DNA of 64,000 nt from Eledone cirrhosa (Eukaryota), in the NCBI GenBank assembly GCA_964016885.1, contig OZ024751.1, positions 50,964,001 through 51,028,000 on the forward strand, read 5' to 3'. The first letter of the stretch is position 1. Each line of letters opens with the position of its first letter. The notes below the pieces were generated by a model that was given only the letters and a program-made list of their open reading frames with translations, made no database searches and was not told the origin of the DNA. Shown here piece by piece: positions 12,471-27,846 of this stretch. Both the position numbers and the translations under genes were made by a program.

Positions 12471-13689
12471 CCCTATAATTCCACTGCAAAGTGGACATGT
12501 ACATGCCACGGGAAAAAAAGCACCCAGCACTCACTGTAAATGAGGTTGGTGTTAGGAAGGGCATCCAGCCGTAGAAAACCTGCCAGATAGTCCTATATGA
12601 GCGAGACACGGTCACCCGACCAACCTTGTCTCAAGTGGGACAACTCCCGTCTAACCCATGCTAGCGTGGAAGATGGACGTTAAACGATGATGATGATGAT
12701 GATGATGATATATATATAAATAAAAACTAATATTGAAACAGTTGCGGCAACCCAATGTCTACTGTAATTCAAAATTGGAGATACAAGGAAAATGCTGACA
12801 CATATGGAAATATATCCTAAGATATTGGTCATAGCTGTCTTGAAACCATTGTAACACTCTGTCACCTGCCAATATCAATGTAGATACAAGAGTGTTGGCT
12901 CAGTACTTTTACATCTGTCTCCGTACATTAGGACTTGTTAGCCATTCCTCATACCATCTAGATATTACACATTCTATACACCATATTCCTATTCTTTCAT
13001 CTATCTATTTATCTATCTATCTATCTATCTATCTATCATTTATGAAGAAGAGAGCAAAAGGAAGAAAGGAGCACTTGAAAAACACGCTCCTGAAGTTGAG
13101 GGTTGTTCTATCGATGGGGTATTGAACAACCCATTTGTAACGCCTCCCCCCTATTGGAGATTTTGATTGTTATAATTGTTTGTTTTATATTTTTTTTACA
13201 CGATTGTATCTAAAATCCCCGGCATGTCTTTGTTTTGTCCCTTTTTCTTGTGTGCCCTTGTGGCTAATAAAGAAATATATCTATCTATGTCATATCACAT
13301 ATCTGTTACCCTTCACTCTTCTTCATTTTCTCTCTCGTCCTCCTCACTTTTCTATACCCCTAAACTATTTGTCTTCTGATGTACAGCCAACTAGTTGTGA
13401 AACATGTAAAGACAGTCTCTCATCATCATCATCATCATCATCATCACCACTACCAACACCACCATCATTGTTATCATTGGCAGTATTGGTAGGGGGTTGG
13501 ACGCCATGCTTTGCAGCATAGAGTTACGCCCCTTTACAGTCTGAGTTCAAATCCCACCGAGGTTAACTTTGCCTTTCATCCTTACGGGGTCGATAAAATA
13601 AAGTACCAGTAATGCACTGGGATAATTGCTGTCCTTGTGCCAAAAGTAGAAACAATTATTATCACCATCAACATCAGCAGCATGATCTT

Positions 13690-14125
13690 CATATTCCATC
13701 ATCATCATGATCATCACCACTGTCACCAAATACCACCTTCACCACCATCATCACTACCTTAACTTCTGCCACCACCACCACCACTACCACCAACCACCAC
13801 CACCACTACCACCACCAATAACCACCACCATCACTACTACCACTACCACTACCACCACCACCACCACCACAACTACCATCACCACCACCACTATTATCAC
13901 CACCATCACCACCACCACCACCACTACTACCACCACCACCACCACCACAACTACCACTACTATCACCACCATCACCACCACCACCACCACTACTACCACC
14001 ACCACTACCACCACTACCACCACCACCGCCGCCGCCACCACCACCACCACTACCACCACCACCACCACAACCACCACCACCACCACCACCACCACCACCA
14101 CCATTACCACCACCACCACCAGCAC
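13690..14125. repeat. (CAC/TAC)n microsatellite
   Basis: Direct inspection; gives poly-Thr/Val/Gly pseudo-ORFs. Confidence 0.95.
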
Positions 14126-15541
14126 TGCCCCTAGCTAGCAGTAGCACCACAAATTAATCTAATTTCTGTCCCACCACACAGTGATGTACTCAGAGTAATC
14201 AATTAACTGTGGTGTCTGTATATGCTAGAGGTCATTACTAGAGGTCATTCTAATATTTTGGCAACAATGCACCATGTTCTGTACTGTAACCAGGACTGCA
14301 GTCTCTCAAATAATTTCTTCTATTTGTTCACTCAGATATTTGTGTCTTTATCTAACAGACAACACACACTTTACTTCTCTTTACTACACATTGGTTTTTG
14401 GCTGCTTAACATACACACATATGTACACACACACACACACACACACAAACACACGTATGCACATGCATGCACACACACACATATATGCACAAACACACAC
14501 ACAAATGCACACACACACACACATACACACACACACACAAACATATGCAGACAAACGCACACCCACACACAAATGCATGCACACAAACACGCACACACAC
14601 AAACGCACACACACACACACACGCAAAAATGTACACTCAAACATCCACACACATACACACAAACACACAAACGAACACATGCACACACACACACACATGC
14701 ACATACACATAAACAGACATGCATCTAAATATATATATATACAACACACACAGAACAAAAATGCTACCTAAGATTTCAGGACTCAACATTTACCATCACC
14801 CTAGTGATTGGGTGTTGGATGTGTTTAAAAATACTATAAAAAATATATAGTGTTAAATGCTTCTCTATGAAAATGCTGTATAACATGATATATCAACATA
14901 AGTACAGAATTATTTTTTGAATATATTTTGCTAGCAACTCCCATATTAATGTATAATGCTCTGAACTATTCTCTCATTATTACATACTTCTTTGCAGTTG
15001 AGTAAAACTGACATACTAGTTGGTGAGCTATTTTTAGCACTCCTTCTTATCTGTCGCCTGGCCAGTTTTTAATTTTTCATTCTGACCACCATGCATGGGT
15101 TGTTTTTTTTTTTATAAGGGAAAGCATATTTGTTGTGGATGGGTAAAAAATATTTTTTTATTGCAAGAGCAATTCCTTTGATGAAAAGGGTCTTCTCTCA
15201 ATGTTAATTGTCTTAGTTAGTTAAGATAACTGATATAGGTCTTACACTTTGAAACTACAGTAAGGGAATTTTGATATCTGTAAGAGAATCTTGATATAGA
15301 TTTTTTCATTGAATTTATTTTGCTAGTGTCTCCTCACAACAAAAAGAACCCAGCCCACACTGTAAAGTGGTTGACGTTAGGAAGGGCATCCAGTCATAGA
15401 AACAGTTCTGTATGAGCAAGACATGGTTACCTGATCCAACATGCTTCAAGTAGGACAACTTGTCTAACCCATGCTAAAACGGAAAATGGACGTTAAAACG
15501 ATGATGATGATAATATAACATCTGCTTTCTCTACTAGCAAC

Positions 15542-15591
<50 letters not shown>

Positions 15592-15808
15592 TCATCATCA
15601 TCATCATCACACCGTTTTACATAAATTTTTCCATGCTATATATATATATATGTACATACATATATATATCTTTACAGTATTTCACAATATATAGTGCAAT
15701 GGTAAGTGCATTGCTAAGTGATGACACAGATATGTGCTGATGCATACATAAGTGCAAACATACACACACACACTCACACACTCACACACACTCACACACT
15801 CACACACT

Positions 15809-15842
<34 letters not shown>

Positions 15843-15843
15843 C

Positions 15844-16172
15844 GGAGGCACATGGCTTAGTGGTTAGAGCATTGGGCTTGCAATCGAAAGGTTGTGAGTT
15901 CAATTCTCAGGCCGGGTAATGTGTTGTTTCCTTGAACAAGACACTTTATTTCACATTGCTCCAGTTTGCTCAGCTGTAGAAATGAGATGATAGGACTGGG
16001 GTCCCTATCATTCCACTGCAAAGTGGTCGTGGAGGTGCCACGGCAAAAAAGCACCCAGCACTCACTGTAAATGAGGTTGGTGTTAGGAAGGGCATCCAGC
16101 TGTAGAAATGAAGCCAGAATCAGTTCCTGTCCCACCCTTGCAAGCAGGGAAAAGCGGATGTAAAATGATGAT
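15844..16172 (+). mobile_element. tRNA-derived SINE family A, full copy with RTE-like tail
   Basis: tRNA-like head, CORE-like middle, then GTTGGTGTTAGGAAGGGCATCCAGCTGTAGAAA tail shared with the RTE LINE 3' UTR, ending (GAT)n. A sister copy lies at 38358-38690. Confidence 0.9.
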
Positions 16173-16780
16173 AATTAGATGATACACACACACATGTGCA
16201 CATGTATGTATATACTTATGTGTGTATCCGTACATATTTGAGACAGCATTTAGCAATGCTCTTATCATTGCACTATATATTATGCAAGACTGTGAACAGA
16301 GAAAACCTGTTGTTGTAGGTTCAAATTCTACTAACTGCAGTGAGATATTTATGGACTTTAGAAAGGCAATAATTCCTTAACCTAGATTGGTATGGATGGA
16401 TCGCTGTTGGTTTTGATGAATCATGTCTCAGTTGTTCAATCAACAGAGCAACTGGCTTGTGAAATTAACATGTAAGTGGCTGAGCATTTCACAGACACGT
16501 GTATCATTAATGTAATTCTCAGGGAGAGTCAGCATAACACAATATGTAACATGGCTGAACCTTTGAATTATAGGAGACAATCCATCTGATGGGCTTCCAC
16601 ATAGTCTATGTCTACAAAATTTCACTCACAACTCAGTCGGCCTGAGGATATGCTCAATTAATCAAGCAGTGGGATCAAACTTGAGACCTTCTGATTGCCA
16701 AGTGAACTTCTATAGGCAGCATCTGAGGATGATGATATGGATGAGGATGGTGAACAAAAACTAACGATGAAAGTAATGAT

Positions 16781-16827
<47 letters not shown>

Positions 16828-17285
16828 AGTAAACAAAAAGAACAAATGAAAGGACGAACGAATGTTGAAAGAAACGAATGAAAGAAATTTAAAATACAAA
16901 GAAAGAATGACAGAAGAACGAAGACGAAAGAGGGAAGAATTTAAAAAAAAAAAAGACCCAAACTTTTATTGATTTTAATTTCCAGAATCAATGAGTAAAG
17001 ATGGAGAAGAGTATGACTCCACCCCCAGAGTAGCACTCCACCTCTTCAGGTCAAAGGTGAAACAATCTGTAGAGTTCGTATTTCAAACATATTTCAAGAA
17101 TGAGAAGAATGAAGTCACTCTATGGCTCTTTTGTTCTAAAAATTCTTCAGTGAAAAAACTAAAAAAAATCAATAAGGAAATTCACATGATTCCACATATT
17201 GATCTGAGGAAACATTTTATACTCTTCTCCTGTTTTAGATGGTAGTTCTGTGTGTATATATGTGTGTATGTGTGTGTGTGTGTGC

Positions 17286-17317
<32 letters not shown>

Positions 17318-17578
17318 GTATGTAAGTATTTCTAGGTGTATATATGAGTGTATATACACACATGTATATGCATATATATGTACATATATATATATATACA
17401 CACATATATATATATATTCACACATATACACATATATCTATGTATGTATGCATACACACACATATATACATACACATATATATATATATTTATATATATA
17501 TATACATATATATATATATACATATATATAAATACATACATATACACTCCACCACATATATATATCTATACACACATA

Positions 17579-17682
<104 letters not shown>

Positions 17683-20600
17683 TAATTACATGTTAGTATA
17701 ATTATCTTGAATTTTTTTTGTTGTATTTAGACATGTATGATTAAATAGAAGGCTAGTAGAATTATTTATCTATGGTGATTTAAAGGTAAAACTAATTAGT
17801 TTAATTTCAGCTTGATGTGTCTATTGATTTCTTGATTCCTTTCTGCTAAGCAAAATACAGGTTTAAATCAGTTTTTAGAATTGCCTGTTGACATTTCTAA
17901 AGAGAAAAGGTTGCTATAATAGTATTAAGAGGTGTCTTGGTGTATAAATAAATGAATATAAGACGGTGCACCAGAATGGCCTTAGCTGTAACAACAATGA
18001 AACAAAACAAAACAAAACAAAAAAGCTAGACTATAAGAATAAAATAAAATGTAATTCCACTCCCAACTGTGTTCTGTCTTACTGATAGGTAAATATTCAT
18101 ACAGAACTACCTTGCTATCTTTAACCCTTTTGTTAACATTCTAATGTAAGACACTGTCTATGGTTTTCAAATAATTATTCTTATTGTGTTTCTCTCTAAT
18201 GTAAACATTTTTTTATTCTCTTTGTACACAGAATAAAATATAGGGATTGCCTTTACATGTTTCACACAGAAGGAGAATTTATTACAAACTCCTGTTTATG
18301 TCAAACACAAATCAAGATTGAACTGAAATGGCCAATCTAATTTGCATAATGTACATTTCTTTGGCAACAATTAATTAACAGTAGAAACATATTTGCTGGT
18401 GTGTGAGAGATAGATAGATAGACAAGTAAATAGATTGATAGAGAGAAAGAGAGAGAGAGAGAAAAAGGGTGGTGGTGGAATGATGAAAGCAATAGAGATG
18501 GGTGGTGATGAGAGAAAGTGATAAGAAGAGGGTGCCACAGGAAGCGGTGATGGTACAGTATATTGGAAATAAAAAGATTTTGAGCAGGCCCTTATACATA
18601 GCTGTCATAGTGGAAGAAAAAATTAGATTAATGTGATCAGTGGCAGAGGGCAGGCTTTGGTGCCTAGGGTGAGGTGAGGCTTTGAAATATTTTGGGTGGG
18701 CAATCTGATTTGCAATAATTTAATATAGAGTTTCAGAATAATATCACTGTAAAATTTTCTAAATCTGAGGGGACACCATTGAAAAGTGGGGGAAGAATTT
18801 GTCACCCAGTGCCTTCCCATCATCCCTTGGTGATGGACCCTATCTTCTAATGAGACGGCCTCTATTGTGGAACACTCTATCTATTATTTGGTCTGTGTTG
18901 AATATGTCTTAAATTATTGTTATGTGAATGTCATGTGTCTATCAGAATTGTAGGGCTCTCATCATTACATATAATGTTTCTTGGACATTTTTACACCTAG
19001 TGTAGCCTGTCTCATCTTCAAGTCTGAACACAGTAAATTTTTATCCAGAGAAGGAGAGAAAGTGATAAAGAGGAAGTGAAAAAGAGATATAATGGAAGAA
19101 TCACTCCCCAATACTAGACTGAAATTTTTTTTTATTGACCTCAAAAGGATGAAAAGCAAAGTTAACATTGGTGGGGTTTTAATCCAGAATGCAGAGAGTC
19201 AGAGCAAATACAGCAAAGCATTCTATTCAATTTTCTGATGACTCTGCCAATTTGCCACCTCTCATGTGTAATGATAAGTCTTTTAGTTTCATAAAGGTAT
19301 TTTTAATGCCATAATGTTGCACTGTAGGATTTAAAAAAATTTATTATTAAATTTGCATCATTCTGAAACAAGGAATAGATTAGTTTAAATTTAATGACCC
19401 GAATACAATTGAACATTTCATGTTCTGATTTAACTGGCACCACATATCCAATTTTGGCATAATATTCTAACATATATGTATGTGTAGGTGTATAATATCC
19501 CCCCCCCCACTTCTCTTGATATCTACAATTGATAGACAAAAAGAAAGTAAAACAAACAAAAAAAAACAGACATTGTCTGGGAAAGTTACAGTTGAGATAA
19601 CACTAGAATATTGTACAGTGAATAAAAGAAGAAATCACAATTTTTCCACTTCACATCATTAATTCTCAACCTTAACGTGAACCTTGCCTTTTATGAAAGG
19701 TTTAAATATTTTTTCTTTTTTTAACTAGATGAAGGACATGTGTTTAATTCCTTGGGCTACTTGTATTGTATGCAACAATTTAGAAATTGAATCAAGTATA
19801 GAATACTGTTTGTTCAGCGTTATTTGTTAACATCATAAAACTTTCTACCAAATGCAAATCGTTAGCAGAAAGTTTGTTACTGCTTAACTGAGCTTCACTT
19901 TTCTTTTTCTTGAGTAAATACAGGTCAGGCCCTCACATGATGCTAATGTTATTTATGTGTATAGCTATGTAAGTATATGTGTATTTACATTGGTGCATAT
20001 GCATTTGGTGTGTGTGTATGTGCATGTGTGCATGTGCATGTGTGTTTGGTGTGAGTGTGTATGGTGTGTGTATATGTGAATGTGTGTGTGCATATGTGTA
20101 TATTTTCTTGTAGATGCATTCCTGCATGCATACATATTGAAGTATGTATAGAAAAACAGCCACATATCCACATATGCACATATAAAAACAAATACACACA
20201 TATGTGTGTGTGTGTGTGTGTGTGCATATGTATATATTTTCTTGCACATACATACATACATATATATTGAAATATATATATACAAGAATAGCCATACATA
20301 TACATAAACATAGACATATGTATGTGTGAGCGTGTGTGTGAACGTGTGTGTGTGTGTGTGTGTGTGAGTGTGTGTGTGTATGTGTGAGCGTGTGTGTGAA
20401 TGTGTGTGTATATGTGTACATATGTGTGTGTGAGTGTGTGTATGTGTGTGTATGTGTGAGTGTGTGTGTGTATGTGTAAGCATGTGTGTGAGTGTGTCTG
20501 TATGTGTATGTGTGTATGCGTGTGTACATATAGTAATGAACACTTTCTGTAGTGTGTATGAGTGTGTGTATGTGTATGTGTGTATGTGTGTGTGTATGTG

Positions 20601-21077
20601 TATGTGTATGTGTGTATGTGTGTATGTGTGTATGTGTGTGTGTATGTGTGTATGTGTGTATGTATGTGTATATGTGTGTGTGGGTATGTGTGTATGAGTG
20701 TGTGTGTATGTGTGTGTGTGTATGAGTGTGTATGTGTGTATGTGTATGTATGTGTATGTGTGTGTATGTGTATGTGTGTGTGTACATATATAAATGAACA
20801 TTTACTGTATCCCCCTTCCTTCCTTTTAAAGATGCAGTGTTTCTCCATAATGAAACCTCAAGATGACAAATACATCAATATAATAGCGCAGGACCTCACT
20901 TCCTGCCTACTGCCACCTCTTCTACATACCATACTGTGTGTGTGTGTGTATGTCTGTGTGCGTGTCTGTGTTAGTAAATAATCTACAGTAGATATCTAGA
21001 TGATTATATACAGATTCACTGTATGCCTGAAAAAACATAAATCTACACACACACACATATATATATATATGTAGATT

Positions 21078-21139
<62 letters not shown>

Positions 21140-21283
21140 ATATATATAATATATATATATAGAAAGAGAGAGAGAGAGAGGGACAACAGAATTATAAGTG
21201 AAAAAATAAACCAATGAATAAATACCTACATAAATGAAAAGATTGTGTGTATGTGTATGTGTGTGTGAGAGAGAGAGAGATAG

Positions 21284-21347
<64 letters not shown>

Positions 21348-21904
21348 TATTTATATATTTATATATAAAGAGATAGAGAGATAGAGAGAGAGAGTCATAT
21401 ATATATATATATATATATATAAAGAGAGGGAGATAGAGAGAGGTTTTATTGTTCAATTGGAGTGAAATAAATTCGAGAAAATTTTCCATATATATTTTCA
21501 TTATAGAGATTTATACTGCCTATTTATGTCTATTTACTTAGTACAAACACACAGCTACTGTTATGTTCTATATTTGTGGCTATTTACACATAAAATACAT
21601 TTTCATGCTTTCAAACATGACTGCCTAATGGAAGTTTCTTGCCTCACAAAGTAAAGAGTTACTCAAATGTTTAACAACTTTCTGGAAAACAAAAGTCTCC
21701 ACTATGAAATAGTGGCTTTAATATATTTCTATATTATACATACCATAATTCTTTCTCCTTCCATATTATATATTTATCTATTTTTTGTATATGTTTTTGT
21801 GTGTGTATTTATCCAATTGCTTCCAAGAGCATTTAATTTTTGACAATCATGTATAAGCACACTATCACTCTATCTTTCTATTTCATCTTTGATTTCTTAT
21901 TCTA

Positions 21905-21940
21905 TCTTGTGATGAAGGACTAGTGTCCGAAACATAAGAA
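21905..21940 (+). ncRNA. Degenerate hammerhead core
   Basis: gTGATGA-A-GGAC-TAGT-GTCC-GAAAC; C3 is mutated and stems I and III are imperfect. Confidence 0.45.
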
Positions 21941-22370
21941 CTCTTTTCCTACTATATCAAGCATTAAACTAATATATTTCTTCATTGTACTGTGTTTGCT
22001 TTGTTGTTTACACTTATTTTTTGCATATATATATATATATCTGTGTGTGTGTGTATGTGTGTGTGTGTATGTGCATGAGCCCTTAACTCATGATCAAATC
22101 TTGAGCATTAAAACCTGGTGGAGCCCACCTCATTCCAGGTCAGAACAATAGACAATTTCTTCCACAGAGAGAGATTGAGGGATCAAGATTGAGACATTAA
22201 GATCAAGAGATCGAGATTGAGACATCAAGATCAAGAGATCGCGATTGTGAGATCGAGATCAAGAGATCAAGATTGAGAGATTAAGATTGAGAGATCAAGA
22301 TTGAGGGATCAAGATTGAGAGAGAGGGAGATAGATAGATATGTAGAGAGAGAGTGAGAGAGGGAGAGAGA

Positions 22371-22420
<50 letters not shown>

Positions 22421-22669
22421 TTCCCAGTACTGGATAGGTATTTATTGACCTCAAAAGGATGAAACTTTGGCAGGGTTTGAACAGAGTGAGAGATGTGAAA
22501 AGTGGAGAGATGCTGTGCTGAATAGGACCCGTCCAATCCTTGCAAGCAGGGAAAAGCAGAGGTAAAATGATAATGATGATGATGATGATGAGACATAACA
22601 GATACTGTGCTGCATTCTATTCAATGTTCTCACTACTTTTCTTCCTTTCTTTCTCTCTCTCTATATATA

Positions 22670-22767
22670 CAGGGTGTCCCAAAAATGTATACACACTTCA
22701 AAAGCATTCTAATAAATATTGCCTGTAAGGTAATCAAAATGCAAATACATTTTTGGGGGACACCCTG
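22670..22767. mobile_element. Tc1/mariner-type MITE (98 bp)
   Basis: TA|CAGGGTGTCCCAAAAATGTAT ... ATACATTTTTGGGGGACACCCTG|TA: terminal inverted repeats with TA duplication. Confidence 0.85.
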
Positions 22768-22850
22768 TACACATATAAAGACACAGACACATACACACAC
22801 ACACACATATATATATGTATATACATATATACATACATACATACATATAC

Positions 22851-22895
<45 letters not shown>

Positions 22896-22898
22896 ATG

Positions 22899-22947
<49 letters not shown>

Positions 22948-24335
22948 CATACAGAGACAGACATACTCCTATATAAAAGTGTATATGGAAATCATTATAA
23001 TATATTTGATATGGCTTTGAAAATAGAAGCTAAAATAATTCTCAACAAGTCTATATATATGTTTGATATGGGTATATAGTATATGATTTCCATACACGAT
23101 AATGTTTTGGTATTTTTGTTATGATATATTTCAGCATAATATGTATGTATATTATATATTTGAGTGTGTATGTGTGTCAGTGTGAATATGTTTATGGATG
23201 AGGGTGTATGTATTGTATAATTTTTCTACTTATAAATATTTATTCAGAATGAGTTGGCACTTTTGTCATTATATACTTACATTTATAAATACGTATGTGT
23301 TTGTGTTTGCTTGTATGTATAGCTATATATAGCTACATGTGTAGGTCTATATGTGTATATATATATAAAAATATATATACCTATATAAATATATATATTT
23401 GTATATATACATATACATATATAAATATATATACATATATATACATATATATTTATATATACATGCACATATATAAATATATATACATATATATTTATAC
23501 ATATATATATATATATATATATACATATATATACATATATATACATATATATTTATAGATATATATATATATATTTATACACACACACATACACACACAT
23601 ATATATATATGGCCAGCAGCCGCTACATCCAATATACATATGTATATATATACATATGTATATATATACATATACACACACACACATCTATCGTTATTAA
23701 ATGAGCTAAAAGTCTAGTCAATACACCAATGAACTATATATAATATATAAAATGAAAATAGTATATATTGATTTATTAAAAGTTAAATGCCTAAGTAGTC
23801 CTTACTTAAAGTTTTGTGGCGAACAAATTTTTTTTTTGTATCAGATAGCATTTCAAATGGTATTTCAATGAAAAATGTGATTTCTTTAAAAGAAAAAGAA
23901 GTTAAAAGACACAACATAGTGATATGTTCTCTGATGCCATTCATCAATATTGAGTTTGTTGCCATTTATTCTTTTTTGAAATTCAACTTTAAAGTAATTG
24001 TGCTACATAGGTATTCAATATGCATATATATATATAATATATATATATAAATATATATATATGTATGTGGGTCATATGTATATATATATATAATATATAT
24101 ATGAGGGTCATATGTATATATATATATAATATATATATGTGGTACATATATATATAATATAAATGTGGGTCATATATATATAATATATATGTGGGACATA
24201 TGTGTGTATATATATATATATAATATATATTTGTGGAACATATATATATTTTATATAATATATATATTATATATATGTGCAACATATATATATTTCATAT
24301 ATAGGAGTGAGAGAATATGCTCTGAAATCATTAGA

Positions 24336-24425
24336 TGTGTCCGTCGAATCTGTGGGTCCAGAATCAGACAGATCCACACAATGATCGCGTCTCAAGCTGT
24401 CTGCCGGGGAAACAATTGTAACACA
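24336..24425 (+). ncRNA. Degenerate type I hammerhead with long stem II region
   Basis: TGTGT-CCGTCGA (two changes from CTGANGA)-61 nt-GAA-ACAATTGT-A-ACACA. Stem I is TGTGT/ACACA and stem III is palindromic. Confidence 0.45.
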
Positions 24426-24485
24426 CAATAAATTGAGTTCAGATGCATCATTGACTTTTCGTTTTCTATTCTATTTCATATATAT

Positions 24486-24587
<102 letters not shown>

Positions 24588-24646
24588 CTGTGTGTGTGCG
24601 TGTGTGGAACATATCATCATTTTTATATATATATATATATATATTG

Positions 24647-27600
24647 TAAACTTTTCTGGGTGGGAAATGACAATGGGCTGGGTGGAGTAGGAATCATGTT
24701 AGCAGAAAAATGGGTAGATCAGATAATAGACGTAAATAGAGTGAACGACAGAATAATTAAAATAATAGAACTACTGTGACAATAATATTTGCATATGCAC
24801 CCCAATCCAGAATGCCTGGAGTTATAAAAGACAGATTCTATGAGTCGCTAATGCTCACTACCTCCCAAATAATCAACAGTAATTACATAATTATTGCTGG
24901 TGACCTAAATGGTCATGTTGGACAACATTGTGATGACTACGATGGAATGCATGGAGGCTATGGGTTTGAAGAAGGCTCCAGAATCCTGGAATTCTGTGAC
25001 GTAAATAACCTAACTATCTGTAACACAAACTTCAAAAAACGAGACAATCACTTGATCACCTACAGATCAGGGGAACACGCCAGTCAGATAGATTATATCC
25101 TTACCAGAAGACGTGACAGAGTGTCTGTTGCACTAAATCCCTCCCCCATGAAGAATGCACCTCCCAACATAGCCTCATAGTTAGCAACCTCATAGTCAGG
25201 ATGAGATATACTTGACAACAGAGGAGGACTACCCTAAGGAGAAGAATATGGAAGTTAAAGGACCCACAACCAGTAACAAATTTAAAAGCATATTACTTGA
25301 TGCTTTTGACAGTAAGGAAGAGCAATTAGAGACGTACAATATAGAGGAACAGTGGGAATTCCTGAAAGTTAACCTGCTGAAGGCGACAAATGAAATCTGT
25401 GGCTGGAGCAGACCTATAGGCAGGAGGAGAGTAACTTGGTGGTGGAACAGTAAGGTGGAGGAGTCAATCAATGCCAAAAAGCAGGCTTGGAAAGTATGGA
25501 AGGATGGGGGGAGTAGAGAACACTATCAAGTGGCCAGGAAGAAAGCTAGGAGACAAGTGTACTTTGCAAGAAGGGAAGCAGAGGATAGAAAGTTCAAGCA
25601 TGTTCTACAACGCGAGGACCAAAAATGTGAGGTGTTCAGGATTGCTAGGCAATGTGTCAAGCAAAACCATGATATTGTCGGGGAGAAGTGTGTCCGTAAT
25701 GATGATGGTGTGCTTGCCATCACTGACGCTGATAAGAAGGTAGCTTGGAAGTGTCACTACGAGAGGCTACTAAATGAGGAGAATAAATGGGACAAAGATA
25801 GTCTGCCTCACATCGATCCAATAGAGGGACCAGCAGTGCAAGTTGAAGGTAGTATAATAAGTAAGGCAATCAAAGATATGAAGACAGGCAAGGAAGCTGG
25901 GCCTTCTGAGATAGTTGCTGAAATGCTGAAAGCATCTGGAATGGTAGGACACACTATGGTCACCCGAATAGTAAACCAAGCCATACAGAACGGGGTCATA
26001 CCAAATGACTGGCGTAGCAGCATCATCATTAACTGCTACAAGGGTAAAGGAGATGCACTAGATAGAGGAAACTATAGAGGCATTAAATTAATTGACCAGG
26101 TCATGAAGGTCACAGAAAAAGTTATAGCGCAACTAATCAGAGAGCAAATTGATCTAGACGAAATGCAGTTTGGGTTTGTGTCAGGTACCACAGACACCCT
26201 TTTCCTTGTACGACAACTACAGTAGAAGTACCTAGCTAAAAGTAAACCCCTCTACTTAGCTTTTGTTGACTTGGAGAAAGCATTTTACAGAGTCCCCCCT
26301 GCACCATTATCTGGTGGGCCCTTAGAAAACTAGGGGTTGATGAATGGCTTGTGAGAGCTATTCAAGCCATGTATAAAGAAACAGCAAGGTTAGAATTAAC
26401 AACGAATATAATGAAGAATTTAGCGTAAAAGTTGGTGTTCATCAGGGTTCTGTCCTTAGCGCCCTCCTATTTATTATTGCCCTTCAGGCTATAACAGAGG
26501 AGTTCAAGACCGGCTGCCCATGGGAACTTCTCTATGCAGATGATCTAACACTCATAGCTGAATGGATGGCTGAACTAGAGAAGAAATTCCAAACATGGAA
26601 GCATGGCCTAGAATCAAAAGGCCTTAAAGTTAACTTGTCTAACACTAAAGTTCTAGTATGTAGGAAGGAAAATAGGGCACAGGTCCCCTCTGGGAAGTGG
26701 CCATGCTCAGTGTGTAGGAAAGGAGTAGGCAGAAATTCCATTTTAAGTCCCAAATGCAAAGTATGGGTGCATAAAAGATGTAGTGGGATCACAGGTAAGC
26801 TATCTAAGAACGTAGATTTTATATGTGGCCGGTGCTCAGGTGCAATAAGTAGCAAGTGCCCACAGGATACTAGCTCCTTCTATTGTCCAGATGGCTCTAT
26901 AGAAATAGTGGACAGCTTCCGTTACCTGGGTGACAAAATCAGCAGTGGTGGAGGGTGCTCAGAAAGTACAGTAGCCGAGTCAGAATGGGATGGAAAAAGT
27001 TCAGAGAGCTTATACCACTATTGGCCGCTAAAGGTTTCTCTTTAAAAATGAAAGGCAGACTGTATGATGCCTGCATACGAACAGCTATGTTACATGGCAG
27101 TGAGACATGGGCATTGTGTGCAGAAGATCTGCGCAGACTGGAGAAGAATGAAGCATGCATGCTCCGCTGGATGTGTAATAGTAATATACGTGAACAGCAA
27201 AGCACGAATGAACTAAGTGAGAAATTAGGAATAAGAGGGATCAGATGCTGTTTGCTCGAGAGAAGACTACGTTGGTATGGTTACGTGATGCGCATGTGAA
27301 AGACAGCTGTATAAAAAAGTGCAGGGCGATCAAAATTGATGGACGTTACGGAGTAGACAGACCGAGAAAAACCTGGGATGATTTGATAAATTCCGACCTT
27401 ACACACTTACACCTCTCCAAGACAATGTCACTGGACCGAGATCTTTGGCACTATGCAGTAATACAGAAAACCCGCCTTGCCTAAGTACAAAGTGAAACCT
27501 AGTCAGTAGGCACCTCCACCCCCACTACCCCCCCATCAACACCACCCCTTTCTCTGTAAAGTTATGTTGGTACCACAACATCCAGTCCTAAATAAATGAG

Positions 27601-27846
27601 GTTGTGTAGGTGTCATGACAAAAAAAAAAACACAGAGTCCACGCTGTAATGTGGCTGTGTAGCTAACATGGTAAAAACCTCCCAGTCCACACTGTTAGGA
27701 AGGGCATCCAGACGTAGAAAACCTGCCAGACAGTCCCATACGAGCGAGACGACCAATCTTGCCTCAAGTGGGACAATTCCCGTCTAAACCCATGCTAGCA
27801 TGGAAGATAGACGTTAAACAATGATGATGATGATGATGATGATGAT
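24647..27846 (+). mobile_element. Near full-length decayed RTE-clade LINE (APE endonuclease, RT, Cys/His finger, 3' UTR, (GAT)n)
   Basis: APE motifs GGVGIML, GDLNGHVG, QIDYIL; RT motifs NYRGIKL, LAFVDLEKAF, GVHQGSVLS, LLYADDL; C-terminal RLRWYG and RPRKTW. Several frameshifts and a stop at 26223-26225; 5' end truncated. Confidence 0.95.

Noticed and set aside
13040-13275. Possible L1/Tx1-like 3' end in an (ATCT)n tract (similar at ~2910-3185)
   Set aside because: No coding motif visible, so the family assignment is unsupported.
15846-15920. tRNA-like sequence with a TGC anticodon-like loop (also ~9655 and ~38360)
   Set aside because: No proper acceptor or anticodon stem pairing, and it continues into a repeated SINE body; a SINE head rather than a tRNA gene.
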